The translations under genes and the position numbers were made by a program. Source: an uncultured Lachnospiraceae bacterium (lineage in GTDB: Bacteria; Bacillota; Clostridia; Lachnospirales; Lachnospiraceae). From it: a DNA stretch of 62,237 bases. Shown here piece after piece: positions 8,158 to 16,303 of this stretch. Each line of letters begins with the position of its first letter. Positions within the stretch are counted from its first letter, which is position 1. The stretch spans positions 1 to 62,237 of the forward strand of contig CAJTYN010000002.1 of the NCBI GenBank assembly GCA_910584115.1, written 5' to 3'. Under the pieces are notes generated by a model. The model did no database searches. It saw only the letters and a list, made by a program, of their open reading frames with translations, and was not told the origin of the DNA.

Positions 8158-9026
8158 TAGTGACCGGGGTGTCGGGGGCCGGGAAGAGCACGGCTCTCAA
8201 GATGTTGGAGGATGCGGATTATTTCTGTGTGGATAATCTGCCCATCCCGCTGATGGAGAAATTTGCCTCCCTGATGGCGGACATGGACGCCGAGGAGATC
8301 AAAAACGTGGGTCTGGGGGTGGATGTGCGCAGCGGCCAGGCCCTGGATGAATTGGAGAGTGTCCTGGACCATCTGAAAGGCCAGGGCTATGACTATGAGA
8401 TCTTGTTCCTGGACGCCTGCGACGAGGTGCTCATCAAGCGCTACCAGGAGACGCGGCGGGCACACCCGCTCTCGCCGCGGGGACGGGTGGATACAGGGAT
8501 CCGGCTGGAGAGGGAGAAGCTTAAGTTCTTAAGGACGCGGGCGGATCATATCGTAGACACTAGCCAGCTGCTCGTCCGGGAACTGCGGGAGGAGCTGGAA
8601 GATATATTCCTGAAAGAGCGCAGATCTGACAGCCTTACGGTGACCATATTGTCTTTCGGTTTTAAATACGGCATACCGGGGGACGGGGATCTGATCTTCG
8701 ACGTGCGCTTTTTGCCCAATCCCTATTACCTGGATCATCTGCGGCCTATGAGCGGGGAAGATGAGGAAGTCTTTACGTATGTGATGTCTTCCGGCGCGGC
8801 GAAAGAGTTCGCGGATCGGTCAGAAGACATGCTCCGCTTCCTGATCCCGCTCTATATCAGAGAGGGGAAGGCCAGTCTGGTGGTGGGGATCGGATGCACG
8901 GGAGGGAAACACCGTTCCGTGGCGGTGGCCAGAGAGATCTATCAGAGGCTGAAAGGGCAGTCGGGGTACGGTCTGCGGATCGAGCACAGGGACCTCTCCA
9001 AAGATCCCATCCGTAAGAAAACGTAA
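8145..9026 (+). CDS. rapZ: RNase adapter RapZ (YvcJ) P-loop protein
   Basis: TGVSGAGKS, FCVDNLP, SFGFKYG, DVRFLPNPY and GCTGGKHRSV motifs. Confidence 0.95.
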   Translation: MRFVIVTGVSGAGKSTALKMLEDADYFCVDNLPIPLMEKFASLMADMDAEEIKNVGLGVDVRSGQALDELESVLDHLKGQGYDYEILFLDACDEVLIKRYQETRRAHPLSPRGRVDTGIRLEREKLKFLRTRADHIVDTSQLLVRELREELEDIFLKERRSDSLTVTILSFGFKYGIPGDGDLIFDVRFLPNPYYLDHLRPMSGEDEEVFTYVMSSGAAKEFADRSEDMLRFLIPLYIREGKASLVVGIGCTGGKHRSVAVAREIYQRLKGQSGYGLRIEHRDLSKDPIRKKT

Positions 9027-9058
9027 ACATTCTATCAGAAAAGGGTGTATGAAGAGCG

Positions 9059-10036
9059 ATGTCTTTTTCAGCGGAAGTCAAGGAAGAACTTGTCAAGAAG
9101 ACCGGTACGGCCCGACACTGCCAGATCGCGGAGCTCTCCGCGCTCCTCGGCATGTGCGGACATGCAGTCTTGCTGCCGGATGGGGGGACGGGGCTGTCCA
9201 TACAGACGGAAAATGGAGCAGTTTCCCGAAAATGCTTTACATTGCTGGAGAAAACCTTTAATATAGATAGGGATGTCGTGGTCGTCGTCGATCCCTATCA
9301 GAAGAAGGGACATGTATATCCGATTACGATCAGCGACCCAGAGTGGACCATGCGTATCCTGCAGGCCGTGAAACTGCGCGCCCAGGGGGACAGCGCCCAG
9401 GGAAGCCTGCATCTGGCAGATCACATGGTCATCCAGAATAATTGTTGTAAACGTGCATTTATCCGCGGCGCATTTTTAGCTTCCGGATCGATCAGCAATC
9501 CGGAAAGATCTTATCATTTTGAGATCGTCTGTCAGACGGGAGAGAAGGCGGAGCAGATCCAAAGAGCGATCCAGGCGTTCGATCTTGATGCAAAGATCGT
9601 CCGGCGCAAGAGGTCCCATGTGGTCTATATGAAAGAAGGCGCACAGATCGTGGAGCTTCTGGGCTTCATGGGGGCAAATGTCGCGCTGCTGGATCTGGAG
9701 AATATCCGTATATTGAAAGAGATGCGGAACTCTGTCAACCGGAAAGTAAACTGTGAGACGGCGAACATACATAAGACAGTAAATGCGGCGGTAAAGCAGA
9801 TCGAAGATATCCGCTTGATCGAGGAGAAGGTGGGGCTGGACGGACTGGCCAGCGGATTGGCGGAAGTCGCGCAGCTGCGTCTGGAATTTCCGGAGGCTAC
9901 ATTAAAAGAATTGGGAACCATGCTCACTCCGCAGGTGGGAAAATCAGGTGTGAATCACAGATTGAGGAAATTGAGCGACCTGGCCCGGGAGTTGCGTGGA
10001 AACGAGGAGGATGGATTATGGTCAAGAAACTCGTAA
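9059..10036 (+). CDS. whiA: DNA-binding protein WhiA
   Basis: MSFSAEVKEEL, AFIRGAFLASGS, NRKVNCETANI and KSGVNHRLRKL motifs. Confidence 0.95.
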   Translation: MSFSAEVKEELVKKTGTARHCQIAELSALLGMCGHAVLLPDGGTGLSIQTENGAVSRKCFTLLEKTFNIDRDVVVVVDPYQKKGHVYPITISDPEWTMRILQAVKLRAQGDSAQGSLHLADHMVIQNNCCKRAFIRGAFLASGSISNPERSYHFEIVCQTGEKAEQIQRAIQAFDLDAKIVRRKRSHVVYMKEGAQIVELLGFMGANVALLDLENIRILKEMRNSVNRKVNCETANIHKTVNAAVKQIEDIRLIEEKVGLDGLASGLAEVAQLRLEFPEATLKELGTMLTPQVGKSGVNHRLRKLSDLARELRGNEEDGLWSRNS

Positions 10037-10272
10037 AGATCAACTTGAGCACTGGATTGGAGGCCAGGCCTGTCGCACAGCTCGTACAGCTCGCCAATCG
10101 GTATGAATGCGAGATCTATATGGAGGTTGGCGATAGGCGGGTCAACGCGAAGAGCATCATGGGGATGATGACGCTCGGGTTGGATACGGGGGAAGAGATC
10201 GCTGTGACTGCGGAGGGCGAAGGCGAAGAAGAAGCGATACAGAGCGTGAAAGAATATCTGAGCGGCGACTGA
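10018..10272 (+). CDS. HPr family phosphocarrier lacking the active-site His (Crh-like; GLEARP)
   Basis: GLEARP replaces GLHARP, while VNAKSIMG (the regulatory Ser46 motif) is kept; the position after whiA is typical of crh. Confidence 0.88.
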   Translation: MVKKLVKINLSTGLEARPVAQLVQLANRYECEIYMEVGDRRVNAKSIMGMMTLGLDTGEEIAVTAEGEGEEEAIQSVKEYLSGD

Positions 10273-10294
10273 CATACACGCTTTTATATACAGC

Positions 10295-10334
10295 AAAAAG
10301 GATGGAGAGGCTTGAGGGCGGATCCATCCTTTTT
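10295..10334 (+). terminator. Intrinsic terminator after HPr
   Basis: AAAAAGGATGGA...TCCATCCTTTTT inverted repeat. Confidence 0.75.
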
Positions 10335-10366
10335 AGATTATATTTATGAAATTTATAGAAATATTG

Positions 10367-10406
10367 CAATTTTAAAATTGACATATGATCGGATATATGT
10401 GATAAT
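10367..10406 (+). promoter_or_regulatory. sigma-A promoter with overlapping palindromic operators
   Basis: TTGACA (10378), 17 bp, TGt-GATAAT (10401). Palindromes CAATTTTAAAATTG (10367-10380) and ACATAT-N8-ATATGT (10381-10400). Confidence 0.65.
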
Positions 10407-10619
10407 AAGACCATTCTAAAGAAATCTTCCCAAAGATCCGCCGGTTCTGGCAGAGCGCATCCGTATGAGTCCCCAAAACATGCAAATCGTGAATGTAGGT
10501 AGTATGCAGGATACTACTCAATTATAAAGTGATATACTTCCAAATCTAAAAGCTGATATTTAATGCTCATCATGGGTAAAATATAAAGCAGTATAGATCG
10601 GAATTGAGGTGCAGGTTGC

Positions 10620-10943
10620 TTGATAGATGAGAAGTATATTATAAACCGTATCAGACAATTGTGCGAAAGGAAGCATATGTCCATGTATGCGCTTTCTAAA
10701 AGATCAGGTATCAGCCAGTCGTCCTTGTCGAACTTGATGAAAAGGGGCAGTACGCCGTCTTTTTTTACCCTGGATAAGATCTGCGACGGGCTGGGTATCA
10801 CGCTCGCACAATTTTTTTCTGATGAACGCGAGATACTGGATCTCACAGAAGAACAGAAGAAGGTCCTGCAGGCGTGGGATAGGCTGACCGACAGGGAGAA
10901 ACAGGCAGTGGCTATCTATGTGAGAGGGATGAAACTGGAATAG
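10620..10943 (+). CDS. XRE-family helix-turn-helix regulator
   Basis: YALSKRSGISQSSLSNL and TLDKICDGLGITLAQFF; TTG start with SD GAGGTG. Confidence 0.88.
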   Translation: MIDEKYIINRIRQLCERKHMSMYALSKRSGISQSSLSNLMKRGSTPSFFTLDKICDGLGITLAQFFSDEREILDLTEEQKKVLQAWDRLTDREKQAVAIYVRGMKLE

Positions 10944-10962
10944 TGGATGGGAGAAAGGAAGG

Positions 10963-11268
10963 GTGATCTTGATGGGAGATAGGGAAGAGTTAAAGGAAAG
11001 GATCTATGGGCTCATGAACGGTCTGCTGGATCTGGAAACGCATCCGGTAGAGGAGAGCAGATATGTGGAGGATGAGTTCGGGGAGGATAAAGTCTGCGGC
11101 ATCGCGTACAGGGAGATACTGGAAGCAAATGAACGGCTCTGTGAGCGGCTGCACAGCGGGAAGGGTGACCCGGATGTGGAGATCATCATGGATGGGATGA
11201 TGCGCATATCCTACCATCTGTGTATGAAGATGTTCGATTACGGAGCTTTTTTTGCAGACCGGGATTGA
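10963..11268 (+). CDS. Small acidic hypothetical protein
   Basis: 101-aa ORF with purine-rich RBS, tightly linked to the XRE gene, host-like codon usage. Confidence 0.7.
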   Translation: MILMGDREELKERIYGLMNGLLDLETHPVEESRYVEDEFGEDKVCGIAYREILEANERLCERLHSGKGDPDVEIIMDGMMRISYHLCMKMFDYGAFFADRD

Positions 11269-11343
11269 TCCGATCCGGCGATCGACGGGGTTTTCCCGCT
11301 ATGGTATAATAGGTTTCAAGATCATATCATCGTGGGAGGGTTT

Positions 11344-12150
11344 ATGTACGCATATCATTTTTTTCAGTGGATCTTATTTTTCTTTATCTATTGTTTCTTT
11401 GGGTGGATATGGGAATCCTGTTATGTGTCGGCCAAAGGGCACAAATGGGTGAACAGGGGATTCCTGCACGGACCCCTGATCCCCATCTACGGGTCGGGGG
11501 CCATCACCGTGCTGTTCGTAGCGATCCCGGTACGGGACAACCTGGCGCTGGTCTTTATCTTCGGGATGGCCGGCGCGACTCTGCTGGAGTACGTGACAGG
11601 GGCGGTCATGGAAAAGCTGTTCAAGGTCAGATACTGGGATTATACGGGCAAAGCCTGCAACCTGAACGGGCATATCTGCCTGGGGGCTTCACTTGCCTGG
11701 GGGACTTTTTCCGTGCTGCTCATCCGTTATGTCCATGCGCCCGTGGAACGGCTGGTGTTGGGGATGCAGGCGGATATAGCGGAGATCCTCTCCTTTGTGC
11801 TGGTGGTCGCTTTCGCCGTGGATGCCACCCAGTCCTTCAATGAGGCCATGGATCTTAGGGAGGTCATCGAGCGGCTCACAGAGAACAGCGAGGAGCTCAG
11901 ACGCATCCAGAAGCGGGTGGATGTGATCGCCGCGGTCATAGACGCGGATATACAGGAATATAAAAAGTCACTGGGAGAGCGCCGTCTGGCTATGGAAACG
12001 CTCATGAAAGATAAGAAGTATCTGCGTTCCGTCCGTCTGCTGCGCAGGAATCCGGGCGCAGTGTCACGTCATTATAAAGAGGCTCTGGAGGAGGTCATGC
12101 GCCATGACAATATCATTTCCCGGATCAAACACAAAAGAGACACAGAATGA
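11344..12150 (+). CDS. Putative ABC transporter permease-like membrane protein (DUF1113-type)
   Basis: YCFFGWIWE, NRGFLHGPLIPIYGSG, LEYVTG, YWDY and NLNGHICL motifs, C-terminal coiled coil; ATG 11344 follows GGGAGGG. Confidence 0.82.
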   Translation: MYAYHFFQWILFFFIYCFFGWIWESCYVSAKGHKWVNRGFLHGPLIPIYGSGAITVLFVAIPVRDNLALVFIFGMAGATLLEYVTGAVMEKLFKVRYWDYTGKACNLNGHICLGASLAWGTFSVLLIRYVHAPVERLVLGMQADIAEILSFVLVVAFAVDATQSFNEAMDLREVIERLTENSEELRRIQKRVDVIAAVIDADIQEYKKSLGERRLAMETLMKDKKYLRSVRLLRRNPGAVSRHYKEALEEVMRHDNIISRIKHKRDTE

Positions 12151-12234
12151 ACACAAATTTTTTTTATGATAATGACCATATGATCTTTAGCATCCCGGGC
12201 GGTGAGCGTCCGGGCAGACAGGAGGTAAGAAAGA

Positions 12235-13251
12235 TTGATCGAAGTCAGAAACCTGGTGAAAAGATATGGCAGTCATCTTGCTGTGGATCATCTGAGTTTT
12301 GTGGTAGAGAAAGGACAGATCTACGGTTTTTTGGGGCCGAATGGCGCGGGGAAGTCCACGACGATGAACATCATGACCGGATATCTGGGCGCCACGGAAG
12401 GGGAAGTGCTGGTCAACGGCCATGATATGCTCAAAGAGCCGGAGGAGGCCAAGAGGCTGATCGGCTACCTGCCGGAGATCCCGCCCCTTTATACGGATAT
12501 GACGGTGTGGGAATATCTGGCGTTCGCCGCGGAGCTGAAGAAGGTAAAACGCGCCGAGATCCCCGGGCAGGTGGAGCAGGTCATGGAGATGGTCAAGCTG
12601 GGCGACGTGCAGCACCGGCTGATCCGCAACCTGTCCAAAGGCTATAAGCAGCGGGTGGGGCTTGCACAGGCGGTCCTCGGGTTTCCCGAGATCATCATCC
12701 TGGATGAACCGACGGTCGGGCTCGATCCAAAGCAGATCATCGAGATCCGGCAGCTGATCCGTGAATTGGCGAAAAAACATACAGTGATCCTAAGCTCCCA
12801 TATCCTGGCGGAGGTGCGGGAAGTCTGTGACCATGTGATGATCATCTCCAAGGGGAAGCTGGTCGCCAGCGATACGCCGGACCATCTGGAACGGCTGATC
12901 GAGGGGGAAGAGACCCTGGAGCTGGAGGTAAAGGGCAGCCGCCGTCAGGTGGAGAGCATCTTACAGGGGATCCCCGGTGTGGGTGAACTGCGGCTGCATG
13001 AGCAGAGGGACGGCCTGATCGGGGTCCAGATACAGGTGACGGACCATCGGGAGATCAGGGAGGAGCTGTTCTATGCTCTTGCAGAAAATAAATGTCCATT
13101 GTACCGCATGCAGATATCCAAGGCTACGTTGGAAGATGTATTCCTGGAACTGACCCAGAATGAAAATGAGGATGTGCAGGGAGGATCAACAGAAGATCGA
13201 TCCGGGACAGAGAGTTTAGAGGAGGAGGCAAGCCATGAAGGGGATCTATAA
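12235..13251 (+). CDS. ABC transporter ATP-binding protein (GldA-like)
   Basis: Walker A GPNGAGKST, signature LSKGYKQRVGLA, Walker B ILDEPT, and SSH. Confidence 0.95.
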   Translation: MIEVRNLVKRYGSHLAVDHLSFVVEKGQIYGFLGPNGAGKSTTMNIMTGYLGATEGEVLVNGHDMLKEPEEAKRLIGYLPEIPPLYTDMTVWEYLAFAAELKKVKRAEIPGQVEQVMEMVKLGDVQHRLIRNLSKGYKQRVGLAQAVLGFPEIIILDEPTVGLDPKQIIEIRQLIRELAKKHTVILSSHILAEVREVCDHVMIISKGKLVASDTPDHLERLIEGEETLELEVKGSRRQVESILQGIPGVGELRLHEQRDGLIGVQIQVTDHREIREELFYALAENKCPLYRMQISKATLEDVFLELTQNENEDVQGGSTEDRSGTESLEEEASHEGDL

Positions 13252-14101
13252 GCGGGAATTGAAGTCCTATTTTTATTCGATGATCGGATACGTGTTCATC
13301 GCATTCTTGGTGGCTTTCGTGGGGATCTATTTTATGGCGTATAACCTGAATATGGGGTATCCCTATTTTTCCTATACGCTCTCAGGGGGGCTGTTCATCC
13401 TGCTGATCGCGGTCCCGATCCTGACGATGAAGAGTTTTTCAGAGGAAAGGCGCAGCAAGACGGATCAGCTCTTGCTCACGGCCCCGGTCACGCTGGGACA
13501 GATCGTGTGGGGAAAATACCTGGCAATGGTCACCGTGTTCGCCGTGCCGAATCTGATCTTCTGCCTGTTTCCCCTGATGATCAAAGCGTCGGGGCAGGCG
13601 TATCTCAAAGTGGACTACTGCGCGATCCTGGCGTATTTCCTGATGGGGTGCGCCTATATCGCTGTGGGGATGTTCCTCTCCTCGCTGACGGAGAGTCAGA
13701 TCATCGCGGCCATCAGTACATTTGGTGTGCTGCTGGTGCTGTATCTGTGGAACGGGCTGGTGGATTTCCTTCCCACAGATGCGGGCGGGAACTTAGCGGG
13801 CGTGCTGCTGCTGTGGAGCCTGCTGGCATTCGGGGTCTATCAGATGGCCAGGAACTGGATCTTGGCGGGTCTTTTGGAAGTCGTGGGTGCTGCCGCGGGG
13901 ATCGCGGTCTATTTTCTGCGTCCTTCCTGGATGGAGAGGCTGCTGCCGGATGTCCTGGGCAGGCTGTCCCTGTCAGATGGATTTACCAGCATCGTCAATG
14001 AGCGGCTCTTGGATGTGAGCAGCCTGTTTTTGGTCGTTTCCGTGATCGTGCTGTTTGTTTTTCTGACCATACAGACGATCCAGAAGAGACGGTGGAGTTA
14101 G
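13235..14101 (+). CDS. ABC-2 type permease (GldF-like)
   Basis: KRELKSYF, PILTMKSFSEER, LLLTAP and SSLTESQIIAA; multiple TM helices. Confidence 0.9.
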   Translation: MKGIYKRELKSYFYSMIGYVFIAFLVAFVGIYFMAYNLNMGYPYFSYTLSGGLFILLIAVPILTMKSFSEERRSKTDQLLLTAPVTLGQIVWGKYLAMVTVFAVPNLIFCLFPLMIKASGQAYLKVDYCAILAYFLMGCAYIAVGMFLSSLTESQIIAAISTFGVLLVLYLWNGLVDFLPTDAGGNLAGVLLLWSLLAFGVYQMARNWILAGLLEVVGAAAGIAVYFLRPSWMERLLPDVLGRLSLSDGFTSIVNERLLDVSSLFLVVSVIVLFVFLTIQTIQKRRWS

Positions 14102-14114
14102 GAGGGGAGCAGAC

Positions 14115-15581
14115 ATGAAAAAAAAGTTGAGAGAGACATTTTCCAGCGTATCATCCAGGTATGGTTCATACAGCCTGGGTGCGATCGCGCTCGTGGTGGC
14201 GATCGTGATCGTGGTCAATCTGATCGCGGGACAGCTCCCTGAAACGGTGCGCAGTGTGGATCTGAGTGACAACAAGATTTATGAGATCACAGATGTCAGC
14301 CGAAAACTGATCAGGGATCTGGAACAGCCGGTATCCATCACAGTCCTGGCGGAGAAAGACCAGGTGGATAAACGGATCCGGAATTTTGTGGAAAGATACG
14401 CGGGGCTGTCTTCTGAGATATCCCTGGAGTGGATCGATCCGGTGCAGCATCCGTCCGCATTGAGTAAGTACGACGCCCAGGCGGACAGCCTGGTGGTCTC
14501 CTGCGAAGAGACAGGCAAGCAGCAGGTGGTCTCATTTGGAGAGATCATCACCTATGACCAGATGTCGTATTATACCACGGGATCCATGCAGGAGACAGCT
14601 TTTGACGGCGAGGGCCAGCTGACGGCCGCCGTAAACCATGTGACCAGCAGTGAGAGCAAAAAGGTGTATTATTCCACGGGTCACGGGGAGGCTGAGTTCT
14701 CTTCTTCGGTCCAGGACCTGATGGGGAAAGCGAACTATACGTTGGAGGCATGCAATCTGCTGATGGATCCGGACATCCCAGAAGACTGCGAGCTTTTTAT
14801 CATGAACGGCGCTTCTACGGATGTGACAGAAGATGAGCAGAAAGGGATCCTGGAATATCTGCAGCAGGGCGGCAAGGTGATGATCCTCCTCGGAGAAGTC
14901 GAGAAGAGCACGCCAAACCTGGATGCCATCTTTAAGGAATACGGTCTGGAGAGGAAGACGGGATATATCGTGGATATACAGCGCAGCTATCAGCAGAATC
15001 CATATTATATCTTTCCGGAGCTGTCATTGGGAGAGAATCTTGCCAAGGGTATGTCCAGCGAGATGGTGCTGCTGATCAATTCCCAGGGATTTACCCAGAC
15101 AGACCCTGCACGCGATGGCATCACATTGGATGCTTTTATGAATACGTCTGCGGACGGCTATGTTGTCACGGAAGATGGCGAAGAGCAGGGGTCCTATGTA
15201 CTGGGGGCCGTTGCGACTGAGAGCATATCGTCTGACAGCATCTCATCGGACAGTGTATCAGAAGATCAGAAAGAGGACGCTGAGACAGAAGATGATGAAG
15301 AGGGCCCAGAGAGCCGTCTGACAGTGCTGGGAGCAGGTTCGATGATCGATGCTGATGTGACAGATACTTTTTCCACATTGGAAAATCTGACCCTGTTCAT
15401 GAATGCAGTGGGGGCGAACTTCGGGGAGGATACAAATATCTCCATCGCGCCGAAGAGCTTGGAAGTGACTTATAACACGGTCCAGTATCCAGGACTGTTC
15501 AGTCTGCTGGTCATCTTCGGGATCCCTGTGATCGTTCTGGGCTTTGGGTTCGTGACGTGGATGCGGCGCAGAAAGGCATAG
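14115..15581 (+). CDS. GldG family ABC auxiliary component
   Basis: N- and C-terminal TM helices; DLSDNKIYEIT, WIDP, FDGEGQLT, GHGE and YLQQGGK motifs. Confidence 0.85.
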   Translation: MKKKLRETFSSVSSRYGSYSLGAIALVVAIVIVVNLIAGQLPETVRSVDLSDNKIYEITDVSRKLIRDLEQPVSITVLAEKDQVDKRIRNFVERYAGLSSEISLEWIDPVQHPSALSKYDAQADSLVVSCEETGKQQVVSFGEIITYDQMSYYTTGSMQETAFDGEGQLTAAVNHVTSSESKKVYYSTGHGEAEFSSSVQDLMGKANYTLEACNLLMDPDIPEDCELFIMNGASTDVTEDEQKGILEYLQQGGKVMILLGEVEKSTPNLDAIFKEYGLERKTGYIVDIQRSYQQNPYYIFPELSLGENLAKGMSSEMVLLINSQGFTQTDPARDGITLDAFMNTSADGYVVTEDGEEQGSYVLGAVATESISSDSISSDSVSEDQKEDAETEDDEEGPESRLTVLGAGSMIDADVTDTFSTLENLTLFMNAVGANFGEDTNISIAPKSLEVTYNTVQYPGLFSLLVIFGIPVIVLGFGFVTWMRRRKA

Positions 15582-15591
15582 GTGGCAGAGT

Positions 15592-16155
15592 ATGAAGAAA
15601 AAACAGATCATCTGGCTGGCGGTCGTGCTGGCGGTGCTGGCGGCCGTGTATGGGGCGCTCTTTCTGAGCAACAAAAGGGAGGCCCAAAAGGAGCAGGAGG
15701 AAGAGGCGAGCCAGGTCATCCAGGTGACGGAGATAGAAGATATCCGCGCGTTTTCCTATGAGGCGCCGGAACAGGAGCAGCTGCATTTTGAGAAAAAAGA
15801 GGACGTCTGGGTATGTACGGATGATGAAAAGATGGAACTGGAACAGTCCTATCCGGACGGGATCGCGGAGTCCTTTGGCCAGCTAACGGCTTCCAGGAAG
15901 CTGGAAGAGATCGATGCGCTGAAAGATTACGGCCTGGAGGAACCTGCCTATACGGTTACTCTCCAGCCAGAAGACGGGGAAGAGGTCCAGCTCCTGATCG
16001 GGAACAGCACCGGGGAGGAATATTATCTGCAGGTGAAGGGTGAGGAGGACGTGGTGTACACGATCTCTTCCACTGCGGTGAGCACTCTGGATCATAGCCT
16101 GGCGGATATGGAGAAGGCGGAGACAGAGGAGGAGACAGAAGAGACGGATCAATAG
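15592..16155 (+). CDS. DUF4340 domain protein
   Basis: N-terminal anchor; DYGLEEP, LLIGN and YYLQ motifs; typical last gene of Gld-like ABC operons. Confidence 0.8.
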   Translation: MKKKQIIWLAVVLAVLAAVYGALFLSNKREAQKEQEEEASQVIQVTEIEDIRAFSYEAPEQEQLHFEKKEDVWVCTDDEKMELEQSYPDGIAESFGQLTASRKLEEIDALKDYGLEEPAYTVTLQPEDGEEVQLLIGNSTGEEYYLQVKGEEDVVYTISSTAVSTLDHSLADMEKAETEEETEETDQ

Positions 16156-16169
16156 ACAAAATGTGGATG

Positions 16170-16201
16170 GACTGCCGTATGGGAAGACCTGTACGGCAGT
16201 C
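16170..16201 (+). terminator. Hairpin terminator after the Gld-like operon
   Basis: GACTGCCGTATGG-GAAGA-CCTGTACGGCAGTC followed by a T-rich tract. Confidence 0.7.
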
Positions 16202-16253
16202 TTGATCATTTTTCATTTATCGGAGAAAATTTCATCTTTCCTGTATTTGGGGG

Positions 16254-16282
16254 TTGAAAAGGAACATAAGTTCTGATAAGAT
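16254..16282 (+). promoter_or_regulatory. Promoter with a Firmicute LexA (SOS/Cheo) box
   Basis: TTGAAA (16254), 17 bp, TAAGAT (16277), with GAAC-ATAA-GTTC (16262-16273) inside the spacer. Confidence 0.85.
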
Positions 16283-16303
16283 AGTACAGGGAGGTGTGGG
16301 AAA

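Noticed and set aside
9026..9059. Absence of yvcK between rapZ and whiA
   Set aside because: It differs from Bacillus, but there is no remnant and it is probably a lineage-wide arrangement, not a local event.
10466..10479. GTTTTGGGGACTC (minus strand) resembling a CRISPR repeat start; also GTCCATTTTAGAG near 6340
   Set aside because: Single copies, no spacer periodicity and no cas genes.
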